In this document: one piece after another, positions 9,800 to 22,330 of the stretch
Numbering within the stretch: the stretch's first letter is position 1
Layout: each line of letters begins with the position of its first letter
From: Haplodiscus bocki
Taxonomy: Eukaryota
DNA length: 64,000 nucleotides
NCBI GenBank assembly: GCA_965655095.1
Contig: OZ296652.1
Span: 71,920,001 to 71,984,000, forward strand
Reading direction: 5' to 3'
The notes under the pieces: model-generated
Seen by the model: only the letters and a program-made list of their open reading frames with translations
What the model was told of the DNA's origin: nothing
Database searches by the model: none
Made by a program: the position numbers and the translations under genes

Positions 9800-12700
9800 T
9801 ACTAGTGAACACATCATACAAGTATAACAGATTTTTGAAGGGACCACAACCAAGACCACTCAGACACCAAAACAAAGAACTACAGCTGAAACGATTCAAA
9901 CAAATTCTTCCAAGTCCCGACCTCATATGCTGACCATTACACTAACAATCAGATTGCTATGCAATTCGTCTATAACACAGACTTAGTGATTGCTATAGTC
10001 GAATCATGTTGAGCTTCAACTATTGTTCGTGGAAAAAGAAATGAGCTGATAGATCAAAGAACCAAACGAACTCAGCGTCTGGGAAAAGTGTGAAAGTAAA
10101 AATGTATCTATACTGGAGAAGACAAAAACGCTAATATGGAAATTGGAATGTAGAACATTCAGATGCAGCGATCAATTATTGAATGGCCTCTGTGTCCAGG
10201 ATGACTTTTATTAAATGTCGTAACTCGTCTAAGCCTAAACTTTGCGAGACTTTCCATGAGCCTCGAAAGTGGAACAAATCATGTAAAGTTTCTGACTTCG
10301 GAAAAAATTACATTTCCGAAGTACATTAGCCTAATTGTCAGGGTAAATTCATTAAATAGTTTCGAATGAATATGGCTGATGATCGAGTCAAAACCAGGAT
10401 TGGCCCCACGACGTCTGACGATGGTGGCAAGGAATATTACACGAGCATTGGCGAGCTCCTCGATGCCGGACCAGACCGGTTCCGACGTCTCTCTAGCAAA
10501 CTGACCTAAGACTGGCTGATCTTTCTTCTTCAACATACCGTGGAACACCTGAAGCAAGTTAAGTCTTCCAACTTCTTGATTTCTTCCAAAAATCACAAAA
10601 ATCAAAAACTGGGTGACATCAAATCTGTTTGTTCGTCAACTATTGAATCCAATCGTCAAGTATCTCTGTCTTCACCCAGTCGCTGGAGTGATGTTGAAAC
10701 TTCATTGAATGAATATGACTATGATGTGACTCCAGCAGATTGTGTTTTACTTTATAACGTTGTGGAAACAATTCATTACAATTTCGGCGAGAAGGCTGTG
10801 AAAGAAATTCCTAAGAATTCAAAAGTTTCATCGAACGTGCTCGTACGCGCGGTTCGTTCTGGTGCAACCAACACCAACAAGGTTTCTGAAGCGCGCCCTG
10901 TTGAGGTTAAGCTAACTTCAACTAACGGCTCATGAACTTTTGTTGAACCTAAGTTGATGTGGAACGATCCACAGAAAGAAAAGGCTCTGCTGAGTCTTCG
11001 ATTTTGCCCGGGTCAACTTGGGTTTCAAGCGTGATCTGTTGCGAATCAGCGATCTTAAACTTTTCTATTGTGACAAAGTGCTTGCTGAGAACCTCTCGGC
11101 GGATGATATAATTGCATCGTTCAAGTCAGATCTGACATCTTCCGTGGAGACTTCATCCGATTGACCTATTCCAACTATTGAGTATTCGGGATATGACATC
11201 AGAAAATACACGTGTTGACTTGCTAACTCTACAGGAACTTCGCAGCATTGGTATACTTCTCCTATCTGAGACTCGGTTGAATCCCTTATTTGATGTTAAT
11301 TTCTGTTCTCTTTTTAGAGAAATTCTATTTGGTGACGAGAAGAGTTTGCAATCACGGTACTCATGGTGGTGTTATTGCTCTCTGTCGCCTAACTCCACTC
11401 GGAACCTTTCTGCGAAAATCATCGACATAGTTATGATTCTACTGTCGCTGCTGCTTTACAAAGTTCTCATAATTCGCTGGCTCTGTTCATCGTTTTCCAC
11501 CCACCTCCTGCCACTAGTTCTTACAGGATACTTTTCGACATTTTCAGTAGTTGTTTTGAGGTTGTTGCTCGGAAAGCTAACAGTTTCTACCAACTTGACA
11601 AGTTCAACATGTCCTCAATCGTGTTGGGTGACTTCAATTCTCCCGACTCAGATTGTTCATCTATGTATAGCACTACCAACAGTGAACATGAAGTCCTGGA
11701 ATATCTCAAATTTCTTGAATCACTACCTCCCATCACTACTCGGCAAACGCACTGCTAAGGAGGTGTTCTTGACAAAATTGTGACTAAGGACAACTTTTTT
11801 ACTTGTTATACTTTTGAAGGTAATATCTCAAGTCACCAGTCTTGTATCATTTTTAACAACCCTTCTGAATTTAACCAGCCCTATCAACTTCCAACTGAAA
11901 AATTATTCAACGTCCATACCGACATGGTGAACTTCGATAAGTCCTGGGAAAAATTTATTTTTCCTTCATATCCCTCAGAAACCAACGCGAACGAGTTCAT
12001 TTCATTCGTTTCATGGAGTCTAAAGACTTGTTTTCCTAACAAAATGAAAGTACGGAGGAACAACCCTGGATATAACAGCTCACATACAATTCACTAATTC
12101 AACAAGCTAATTACAGCTAGGCGAATGTTGTCTAGAAATTCCATCGAAAACAATCTTGAGAGTATTCAATCGTTACAAGGATATTATTGGGATTCTGTTG
12201 AGTTGGATAAAATCATCTACATCAGTGTTTCATCAACTTTCAGCCTTAAACAATGGTTCTCGCTTTTGAGCAGCCCCAGAAATCCTTCCTTACCGAAGAC
12301 AATGTTTCTTTCGCAGGAGAAAATATTTAACTCGGAATTTCCAACCACCTTCAACAAGTATTTTGCGGGAAATTTCAATTTGATTCTTATGATGGATCGA
12401 TTTCATCCTATATTGCCCTGCAATAGGATTCTGCGCCAAATTTTGTCTCCCGTTTTTGTACCCCATATGAAATGATTAAAACGAAAGAGTCTACAGTCTC
12501 TACATTTGATGGTTTGCCGAGTAAATTACTTGTAAAAGCACCAGTTCTGTTCGGAACAATACTCTATCCTCTTTTTTGTTTCAAAATCTTGGTTAAAGTT
12601 TTGATCCTCCTCATGGAAAGTTGTTTGGATAACTCTTGTTTTCAAATCGTGATCTTGAAACAGTACGACGTATTATCGTCCAATTACTTTGCTGCCTAAG

Positions 12701-13990
12701 ATCTCTCTTTTCTGAGAAATTCCTTCTTCATTTCTTTTTGTCGAATTTGAAATCGAAACTTCGTCCAAAGCCGTTTGGCTCTCAGTCTCGTGAAAGTTCT
12801 CTCCAGCAACATTTTGACTATCTGGAATGTGTTTTTCACGAGAAAGCAATAAATCGTTTTTCAATTTATTTTGACTCTGAAAAGACCTTCGACAAAGTTC
12901 TTCATTTCATATTACTCAGAAAACATAGCTTCCACTTGGATTATGATTTTTGTTCATTCTTCGATTCTTAACTTCTCAACAGATATCAATATCTGCACGT
13001 CAAAGAGTTCAGTTCGGATCTCATACATCGGGTCAATGGTTTTCCTCAGGGCGCTGTTTTTGGGCTTCTTATGTTTTTGAATTTTGTTAATGATAGTTCA
13101 TCTATCTTCTGCGTGGTGTGGCCGTTTGCCTCTGATTTGAAACTCTCACTTTCCAAACTCAGTTTTCAGGATGATCTCTGGCGACTTTATTCGTTGAATT
13201 TAGTGATTGGAATGATCATGAATTCTGAAAAAACCAAATGTATTCACTTTACCGGCACCACTCTAATAACGTTTTTCCCTGACTTTCTACTTGAGCGCAT
13301 GAATTTGCAAAAGGACTTGGGTGTGTATGTCGCACATGATCTCAAAATGAACCATAAAATTACAAGACAACTGGAAAAGGCCTGGCAGAGTTTCTCTGAT
13401 CTGAAGTCTAAAGCACCCTCCAACACTCTCCCCATTAGAGAGCTGCAGCTGTACCATAGTATGGTGTTATAAATTCTACTTTTTGGTTCACAGCTTGGTA
13501 CCCAGACATTACACTTCTAAGTCAACAGGAATCTTCTCAACAATCCTGTTTCTCCTGGACTTTTGGACCCAAGCGATCGTAACAAGAGCACCTCAAATTT
13601 TCACAGTTTCTGCCAATTTGTTATCAGCTGGAGTTCATTATCTTCTCATTCCTCTCTCAACTTTTACATGATAAATAAAAATTCAAGTTTCCTCCTTATT
13701 TACTGTCTCGAGTACCCGAATGACAACTCGGAGCTTGACTGACGAGTAAGCTCCGCCATTGGAACCCCAGGCGATAAGTAACTGTTTCTTTTTTCGGTCG
13801 TGCTGTCACCATGGCAGACTTCTTGTGCTGAAATAACATATTCGATGGTTTCAATAACTCCAACAAACATGCAGTCACAGCCTATTTTCTGCAGAAAGAA
13901 ATCAAACCCACGTTGTTTTGTTCATTGTGTAATTGTTGTACTTGCAGTCAGTGTAATATCATCAAGAGTATTCGTTAACAAACTTTGGAT
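9800..13990 (+). mobile_element. Near full-length decayed non-LTR retrotransposon (CR1/L2/Jockey group)
   Basis: ORF1 remnant 10540-10935 (RPVEVKL). APE endonuclease motifs LLSETRL and LGDFN (~11623-11637). RT motifs YFDSEKTFDKV, GFPQGAVFG (~13038), FASDLK and KDLGV. Many frameshifts. Confidence 0.85.
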
Positions 13991-14199
13991 CTCGAAAGAG
14001 AAATGAGAGTTTCTCTCTTGCTCTTTCTCCTCTCTCTCTCTCTCTCTTTCCCTCTACAAAAAATTGTTTATCGTTTTGTCAAATAGCGTTGAGCAGAAGC
14101 AAGACTTTACAGAGTACATTTGTTGTTTTTTTCAATCTTTGGCGGGATTAACGTTGATTGTTTCTTGTGAAACATTCCCGGATAATATAATGAAATTCA

Positions 14200-17100
14200 C
14201 AGTGGTAGTAGCAATAGTGGTAGTAGAAAAACTAGTAGTAGCAGAGAAAGATTTAGAGCCAGAACTCAAAAGTTAGCACCCGTCAGCATTGGTCCTGATT
14301 TGTTTTGAGTTTGCCATGTGGATTACAGAGACCGCATTTGCAAAGGAATCGCCATGTTCAGGGTATGTTCTCTAGGAAGCATTGGTTAAAATAATGCCAG
14401 TAAATTAGCATGATAGTAGTTTTGTCTATTGGGAGTTCGAGTGACTTTGTGAAACGGAGGACTTTGTTGTACAGTATTGCAGCAGGTATGAAAAAGTTGT
14501 AGTTGCCCTTGGAGCGTTTCGTGTCCGTAACTTTCAGTTCGTTGCGGAACACTTGTTTCGTAGTTTTCGTTTCCATGATTTTAACTACATATTCAGGGCT
14601 CAAGTCGTGGTCTCTACCAGAGAGTTTGAGTAATATCAGCAGGTTGTGTGTCTCGAAAAATATGGACAATGGTGGCAGATTCAGTTTCCTGAAATTTTTT
14701 TGCAGACATCGCCAATACTAGAAATATACATCCACCTGACTGATCTTTTTTGACTTTCCTCTAAGTTTTCAAAAACTGTGATGTTTGGAAACCATGCTTG
14801 AAGAGATCTGGCCCGAATTAGCACTGCGTAACCCGTGTAGGCATTCATTTCCAAGACGAGACTGCTGTGAGCTGACAAGCTCCGCTTCAAAATGAAAAGA
14901 GCTTTCAGTGCTTTCTTTCTGGTCCGACAATTATCATTCCAGGACAGTGATTTTTTAGCTTGCAACCATACGTATCTTTGTATTCCAGGGCAGAATAATT
15001 GTTCCCCCTGGACGCTGCCACTTATGGATTCACGCAAAGTAACCAAGGCATATTTGCTCATATTCACTCTCATGCTGTTTTGGTTGCACCAATCAGCAAC
15101 AGCTGTCAGATCGGAATCAAGCTCTTCTTGACTTGAAGCAAGTACCTTGAAAACATCAGCGAAACCAAAAGCGTTCTGAGGACAGTATAACGTTTGGTCT
15201 GTCATTTTTAAAGATCAAGAAAAATAGAGGTCCCAATATTAATCCTTGCGCGACGCCTTTTGTGACGACTCCATTTCTTGATCTTTCATCCCATATTTGA
15301 ACGTACTGCAGTCTGTTTGTAAGATAAGATTTCAGAAAATGCAATAAACTTCCTCCAATCCCAATATCTGAAATTTTCCGTCGAAGTGTACCATGAGGAA
15401 CAGTGTCAAATGCCTTGGAAAAATGTTGGTGTAGACACTGAGCTCTTGATATTTGTGTCAAGATTTTCAAAAAACTTTGAAAAGGTAAAAAAGTAGCTGC
15501 ACGACTGCAAAGCGTTTTTTCCGGAAACTGAATTGTTTTGGGTGTAGCCTTTCTTTGACGTGATTGTAGATGGCATCGTGAAAATTTTTTCCGAAAACTT
15601 TTGAGACGCAACGTAACGGACGGAATGGTGTGTAGCAACTGATGTCAGTTTTACTACGATCCTTGAAAAATAGGAAGATTTGTGACATTCTGCGCAGCGG
15701 AAGATAAATACGTTTGTTGATTGCTGTCTGGAAAATTATTCTTGGGGACTTGGAGATTTTGTCAGCAATATTTCGCAGAAGTAGGTTTCCAATTTTGTTA
15801 GAGCCGGTGGAATTGTCCAGATTCAAGTTCTTGATAATCTTTGCCACCTTCCATGATAACCCATTATAATCAACCTTCGTCATTAGCAGTTTGTTTATGG
15901 ATTTACCTTCCATGCTGATTTGACTGTCGAACACATCCGATGGATTGAAAACACTGATGAAAACAGTATTCCTCTGTTCGCAAATGTCTACAGTTTTTGA
16001 AGCTAATTGTTTGTTATGATTCAATTTTCTAAGAACAGGGGGCAACTTTTGAGTCGAGGAAAGGTATTTTTGAATTCTGCTGAATCATTTGGACTGCAAG
16101 GCGTCTTTTCCGCAGCAACCCAAATCAATGTCAATTGCTTTTTCAAATTCTTGTTCTAACCATCTAGTTTTCTGTTCAGGTTTGACATCAAAGCTTGATC
16201 GTTTAGTTTTTAAAGTATTACGTTTTTTCATCAACTGGTCAGTGTGACCACTTATCCATGGTTTCAGTGAGATTCAATGCATGGTAGTGATAAGAATGTT
16301 AGGACCAACTTTTTCATCGAACCAATCATACTATTGATTTACTAGAAAAGTGACAAAACTGCAGCGGAAACAATTCAAGAAAAATTTAATTAGGCTTTTC
16401 TTGAATTCATCCCAGCTAGCTTTCTCCAGAGCGAAATTTCGCAATATAACTGCAAACGGTTCCGGTGAAACGTGTATGATTGTTGAATAAAGTTGTTGAT
16501 CAGTCAGGGTGTAATTTTTCAAGTGTTTTGTGTCAACTTTGGTTTCACATCAACATCCGGACTGTTTGTGAGTAAAATACCTAACTGTTTGTGGGACTGG
16601 TCATGAAAAAATTCTCCGTCAGATTGTGCAAGCAATTCCTGAGGAAAACAGTTTTGGAAATCGTATTTTTTTGTGAGAATCATCCAATTGGTTCTATTGA
16701 AATATATATCATGAGTATTTTTTGTGCTGGTGCAATCATGAATGGAAAAGTGTTTTCTTGACATCTCAAAAACAGATGAAGTTCTCCACTTGACCTTGTG
16801 TGTTCACTTGGAGCAGATGAGTTAAAGTTACTGCATTTTTGCAACTTCCTAGTCATTAGTGTTACGCTGACACTAAGAAAATCAGCAAGCGTTATTTGTA
16901 ATTTAACTTCTTGATGGAGAAAACGTTGTTTACAGGATTAAAGACACCATCATGTTTTGAGTTATTGGAGTTTGTTTCTTTGCTTTTCTTGAATAATGTA
17001 TGCCTCTCTAGAAAAAGGCGTCATACGGTACATTGTGTTTCATCCAGGTTTCAGTGAGACATGTCTTATCATAACCATGTGTCAACTTGCATTTTGAGAG

Positions 17101-18100
17101 AACCAAACTTATGTTCAGCTCTAGAGTGCTACGAACATTAAAAGTAAAAATTCTGGGTAGTCAACAACTTGATTTTTTGTTGCCTTGCCTTTTATGGAGT
17201 TTCTAATACTTTCCAATCGTGGTTCACAAAGATTTGCAGAGACAAGTTTCTGATTCTGAGTGGTTTTGACTCGATTCCGTTTCCGATTTTTTGTTCACAC
17301 AGTTTCAGTATTCTTTTTTCTCCTTCTATCTCAGCTTTGTTCAGTCCTCAACTCATAAAAAGAAGTCGGGGATTTTCCTGTAAGTCATGAGCTTGTACGC
17401 TGACTTCAGTGTCATTTTTTAATTAACTATAGCAATCTCAAGGTCGAAGATCAACATAGAATGACATTTATCCAGATTAGGTTGTCCAATTGTGCGCCGT
17501 TTTGTTGCTTCAGCATCAATTTGCATATGCTCGATCAGTGACCGTATGTCATGATGGTTGTTTGCAGATTTAAGTTCGGCGGAGGCAGTCTTGTCAGCCT
17601 CCAGAAGGCATTTTAGTCGGATCTCCATTTCGTTGCCACTTAGGAAAAGACTTGACTAGCTAGCGGATCATCGCCAACAGCCAATCTAAGATTCGACAGT
17701 GAACTCTTTTGTCTCGATTTCATTTATGACTTCTTTTCTTCCCTGACTTTGAACGTTTTAGTAACACTTTCAGCATAATTTTTGAGTTGTCTGTTTACTT
17801 TTCCATTGTTGTTTTCCCAAACCTCCTGCTGACTGTTGTCAATTTTTGGTCTGTTGCAGGGTTTTCTGTTCGTGCAGTCATAACAAACTAGTAGGACGTT
17901 TAGTTTCAATTCTATCATGACTTTGATTTGTTGTGCTTCGGAACTGGTGCAATTTGGACGCCAGTGGAGTGCTTTTCCACAGAACAAAGAGGCACAATTT
18001 TTCTCCAGATTTCTTTCCAGATTACCTTCCACAGTTTTGTCTCATCATGCAAGCTCCAATGATAATTTATCACAATTGAAGTGAAAAAAAACAAAAGTTT
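14200..18100 (-). mobile_element. Near full-length decayed CR1-like LINE with a PHD-like ORF1 and a (CTA)n-like tail
   Basis: RT motifs FSKAFDTVPH, GVAQGLILGPLFFLIF and FADVFK. Pre-RT motifs STGSNKI and YTPFRPL. ORF1 CASLFC..H...C...VCYDC (17724-18032). Degenerate GTA repeats at 14202-14241. Confidence 0.88.
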
Positions 18101-18199
18101 CAGACCACAAAAGAATGATGGTGAGCTTACTTCGAAGTATAAAACTTCAGAAGAGATCACAACAGAATTCGCAGATGGGTAAAAAAGACTGATACTCCG

Positions 18200-20150
18200 A
18201 GGTGTAAAACATCAGTTGAAACCAGACTTGCATACAATCAGACCAATCTTTTCCTTGTAGAAGCTCATCGTTTTTTCGTCAGTCGTTTACCGTTTTTGAA
18301 GTTTTTGAATCGCTTCGTCTGCACCAAAGTTTTGAGATTTGTTTGATCATCGAAAAAATTCTTGAGTACTTCTAACTCAGTTGAGGTTCATGGGTGCAGT
18401 TTGGCAAGTCCCCAGTTACAACAAAGATCTTTTGCTTTCTGTGTCCGTATCAAAGGTTCAATTTCGTCAATAAGCAGGATATCTAGTTTCTCCAGTTCGT
18501 CAAGGATGGACGGGGTACTGAGCTGTCGAGTGTAAACAGAAGCAATAACATGAATTTGGAATTCTCTCAAAATACCCAGGGGTTGATCAGTTTTGCAATT
18601 TGTATTGTAGATCTTAGGGTGTTGGTAAGACTGTTTTTATTGACATCGTTTCACGGGGATACTTGCGTAGATTTTATACAACCTCTCCTCCGTAACCACG
18701 GTAAGTTATTGTTAGCACCAGAAATGTTAGGATTGAGGCTCAATCCACTCGTAGTAGAAGAATTCTTTTGGTATTGGGCCCTAACTTGATAGGGAAGGCT
18801 ATTTAACGTTTTGAGCAAGGAGCGAGCTCCAACAACAACCATCATCAAGAAAAATTGTTAAATAAGCTTGCGGGTACAAGTTGACATCAGTCCAGGGAAG
18901 CAGAGTGACGAATAGGAAGGAACTCTTTGACAGTTGGGGGACCACCACAGCTGTCACCTGAGACTATTCATCAGTTTTCGAGATTTTTGAGTGCTTCTTT
19001 TTCAGAAAACGTTAGACAAGGCGTTGCAGAACGAATTTTGAACTTAAACAATCTTCCTCGACAGTTTCATAAGAAAAATTGAGGGCAACGTCAATTTCCG
19101 TTTTCAATCTCTAATTTCATTTCTCTGAAGATTCTGGCTGCGTTACTTTTTTTGGTGTACTTTCTTGTGACAACTTGTCTGATGGTCTTTTCGTTGCCCT
19201 TTACAATAAATTTGTGCCTTCATCCATAATAAATATTGGAGTGTTCGTTTTTTCAAAGTTCTGCCCGGGTAATGATGAAACAAAAAGGTGTTTAGAGCAA
19301 GATGCAATGATTCTTTATTTTCACCACGGCACATATTTAGTCCAACAACAGGTAAACATAGAAAAAGCGACACATTCCGCAGTTTGTCAAGTAAAACACT
19401 CACTTTAAAATTGGAAATTGTCCAGAACAATTTCGGTCAAGGTTTCCGGAAAACCAACAAACTACTAATTCCGCACAATACGATGAGCAACATTTTATCG
19501 AAATGCATGTAAAATACTTTGAGGCATCTGTCAACAGAATATCTGGTCTGCGTTCTTGACACCGCTAATCAAGGCTGCTTCCTGTTGTGTCAACGAATAG
19601 GGAGCAAAAGATCATCTAAAAGCTAAAAAATCGAGAAAGAGTAATACATGTGAAAAAAGCTAACAAAAAACAGAAAATTGAAAAGGAAACTTGCTGAAAA
19701 ATACTACAGCCCCATAACATGTTGGAATGGAAATTTACCTTTTGTCAGTGGTTCCAGGCAAGAAATGTCAAGCCAAAAAAAATGACCGAAAATCATTGCT
19801 CCAAAGAAAAACAAGAACAAGTCGTTTTTCTGAAGCCTGAAAAAAACAGTAACAGGGCCCTCGAACTGATCTAAAACTCAACCATAAAGGACCCAAGAAA
19901 AGATGCTAGTTTCGATTTCGAAAAAGGACAGAGGAAAAATCCTCCTTAGGTATAACAACACTGAGCTCACTATTGAACTTTCTGTACTCTCTCTGACCAC
20001 AAGACGAGAGACTTTCCCGGACCAAACCAGTCCACAGTTGGTGATTTAACATTTGAGTGCAACGACTCCTCAGAGACATATTAAGCTTTGAACTACTTTT
20101 CTCAAAATTAGTAAAGTCCCCTATATTCATGCTCCGTGTTTGAGGAGAAG
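18200..20150 (-). mobile_element. Highly decayed Ty3/Gypsy pol fragment (RT C-terminus, RNase H, integrase region)
   Basis: Minus-strand SFLGSF (~19885-19903) and RNase H-like YSLTQQEAAL (19571-19600). Confidence 0.45.
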
Positions 20151-21249
20151 ACACTCGCCGGGTGAACAGTCCGTTGAGGTGCTCGGAAGAATTTGATTTT
20201 CTGAGCAACTTGGAAAAAAACTAGAAAAACTCTAGTGTTCTCAATCAAATTGTCAGGATATTGTTTTCCGCGAAAGAGAAAAAACTTCGACACAAATCAG
20301 TTGAATACTTTTTTTCTGCTATTTAAAAAGGTTTTAACTCATGTGAAATCGTCGATCCATGAAAAATTAGACCGTATTGTACATTTGGTTTGACATATAC
20401 ATTGCCATATCACAAGAGAACACTTTTTCCACCAATGAACGAAGGCACAGAAAAACACAAAAATAACTAAGCAACATCTTTGAGGACAGAATCAATATGA
20501 TATTCAAGTTGTAAGAATCCAATCTAACAATTTGCTCAAAATTTGAACTTAGAAAGTGATATGGTTGAAACACTCAATTTGAGAGCTTGATTTTGCTGTC
20601 AAAATGAACCAACTGCGTTTTTTGATGGTTTTGGAAAACCTAATTTGAAATAAACCCGGTAAAACAACATCGAACATTTCTTTCACTTCAAGTTCAGATA
20701 TATCATGATAATTAAAATTTGCTTGTTCAGCAAAAACAGAACTTAAGTTTCATCAGACAACTTTGTTAAGTCAGTGACGTAAAATATAAACGACGTACAA
20801 GGGACAAAGTATTGAGCTTTGTGGAAGCACAACTTGGATGTTGCATGTCCGCGATGTGATTTTGTGCAATGCAACACTCTTGCGATCTGCTACATAAAAT
20901 TGAAATTCTCCAGTTAGTCGCTACACCCAAGACTCCAAATTTCTTCTTTTTGTCTTATCCCATTACATAGATGGGTGATTGTAGAAGGCACGTTTCAAAA
21001 GTTTACCCAACGCTGGCATGATGAAAATCGACCGATAAATATTTGAGTCGGATCATGTACCAGCTTCGAAAAACGGCAGTTTTCATGAGAGTTTGGGACA
21101 AAGTTGCAACTCATTGAAAGAGAATGACTTCCACAAGAAAACTAGAGGCTCTACTAACACCGGCGAGCTAACATAAAAAATTTCAGCGGAGATGTTACTA
21201 AGCCCTACAGCATTCCCGTCCGACAAAATCAATACGAAGTTCATTGTTT

Positions 21250-22330
21250 TCAGTTCATCCAGTTGAAAGAAGAATGTCGTTCAGCATACGCTCGTTTGAC
21301 AAAAAGATCTAAGTTTTTACCCCTTAAATTCGATTTTTCCATCCAAAAGACTTTTCAGCAGTTATTCGAGATCGCAGACGAATAAAACCTGCAAAATACT
21401 TGCAAACGTCCTAATGTGAAACAATGTGGTCAACATAAAAGTTGTATTCAGAGAACGAGACGTGTAAGAAACAACAAACGCCGGAGCACTGCGATAATTT
21501 CCGTCAAAGCCGTGCAGCAAGGTTTGATGGAATGTACATCAGAAAACTTCAAAAGGAACCCTGGTAAACTGAGTGGGAGGTGGTTTTGCAAGAAACAACT
21601 TGGGATCTGCAGAGAACGGAAGTTATCAATTTTCCTGCTTCCAATTTAGTTTTGATCAAATAGTTGGATTTCACAGACATTTTTCCTGAAAGATTCCCCA
21701 GCCGTTAGTCACTACAAAAGAAGACAAGTACCAGGTTGAAGAGCAGAAGTTTTGAAGTTTTCGCCTTGTTGCATATACGGAGTCCGTTAAGGGGAACTAC
21801 ATCCAAGTTTTTTTGTACAAAAAAACAACCCCAAAATCTGAACACTGATGGCAAAATTGAAAGTGTTAAGTCGGGAACAAACGGCCTTCGGCCATCCGGA
21901 GACGTAAAAACTACTTACAGTTCCTGAGATGCGTGACCTAGAGGGAAACCTAACCAAGAATTCTGGCAAGGAGCAAAATGGAAGAATTTTTTGAAAACGA
22001 GTCCTGTTGATTGGCATATTGTCGGCCAAAATGTTGATTGAAGCTACAACGAAGGAAAACACCATCAAAAAACTAAATTGCTGGCAATTGTTCACACTCT
22101 CGGCCCAGAAAAAGCCTGAACATGGAACACTTTGAAGTTTTCCCATGGCATAATTTTCTTTGAGAAACAATTGATGATTGGGACCATGTTGAAGGATTCT
22201 TTCCAGTAATTTCAGTGATAGTTGCATTCGGATGTCGTGGACCAAAATACCGGGAACACAATTTGATGTTTTCGGCGTAACAAAACGCCGTGACAAAAAA
22301 ATAAATCATTTAACGTCGATTTGGAATTAT
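21250..22330 (-). mobile_element. Second decayed Ty3/Gypsy RT/RNase H fragment
   Basis: YAMGKLQSVP (MPxGLxxAP-like) in ORF 21787-22296, RPFVPD (RRFIPxF-like, ~21868-21890) and VDH (TDH-like, ~21430). Confidence 0.45.

Noticed and set aside
20300-20700. Possible LINE RT C-terminal scrap (YGNVYVKPNVQYG on the minus strand)
   Set aside because: A single weak motif is insufficient to call a feature.
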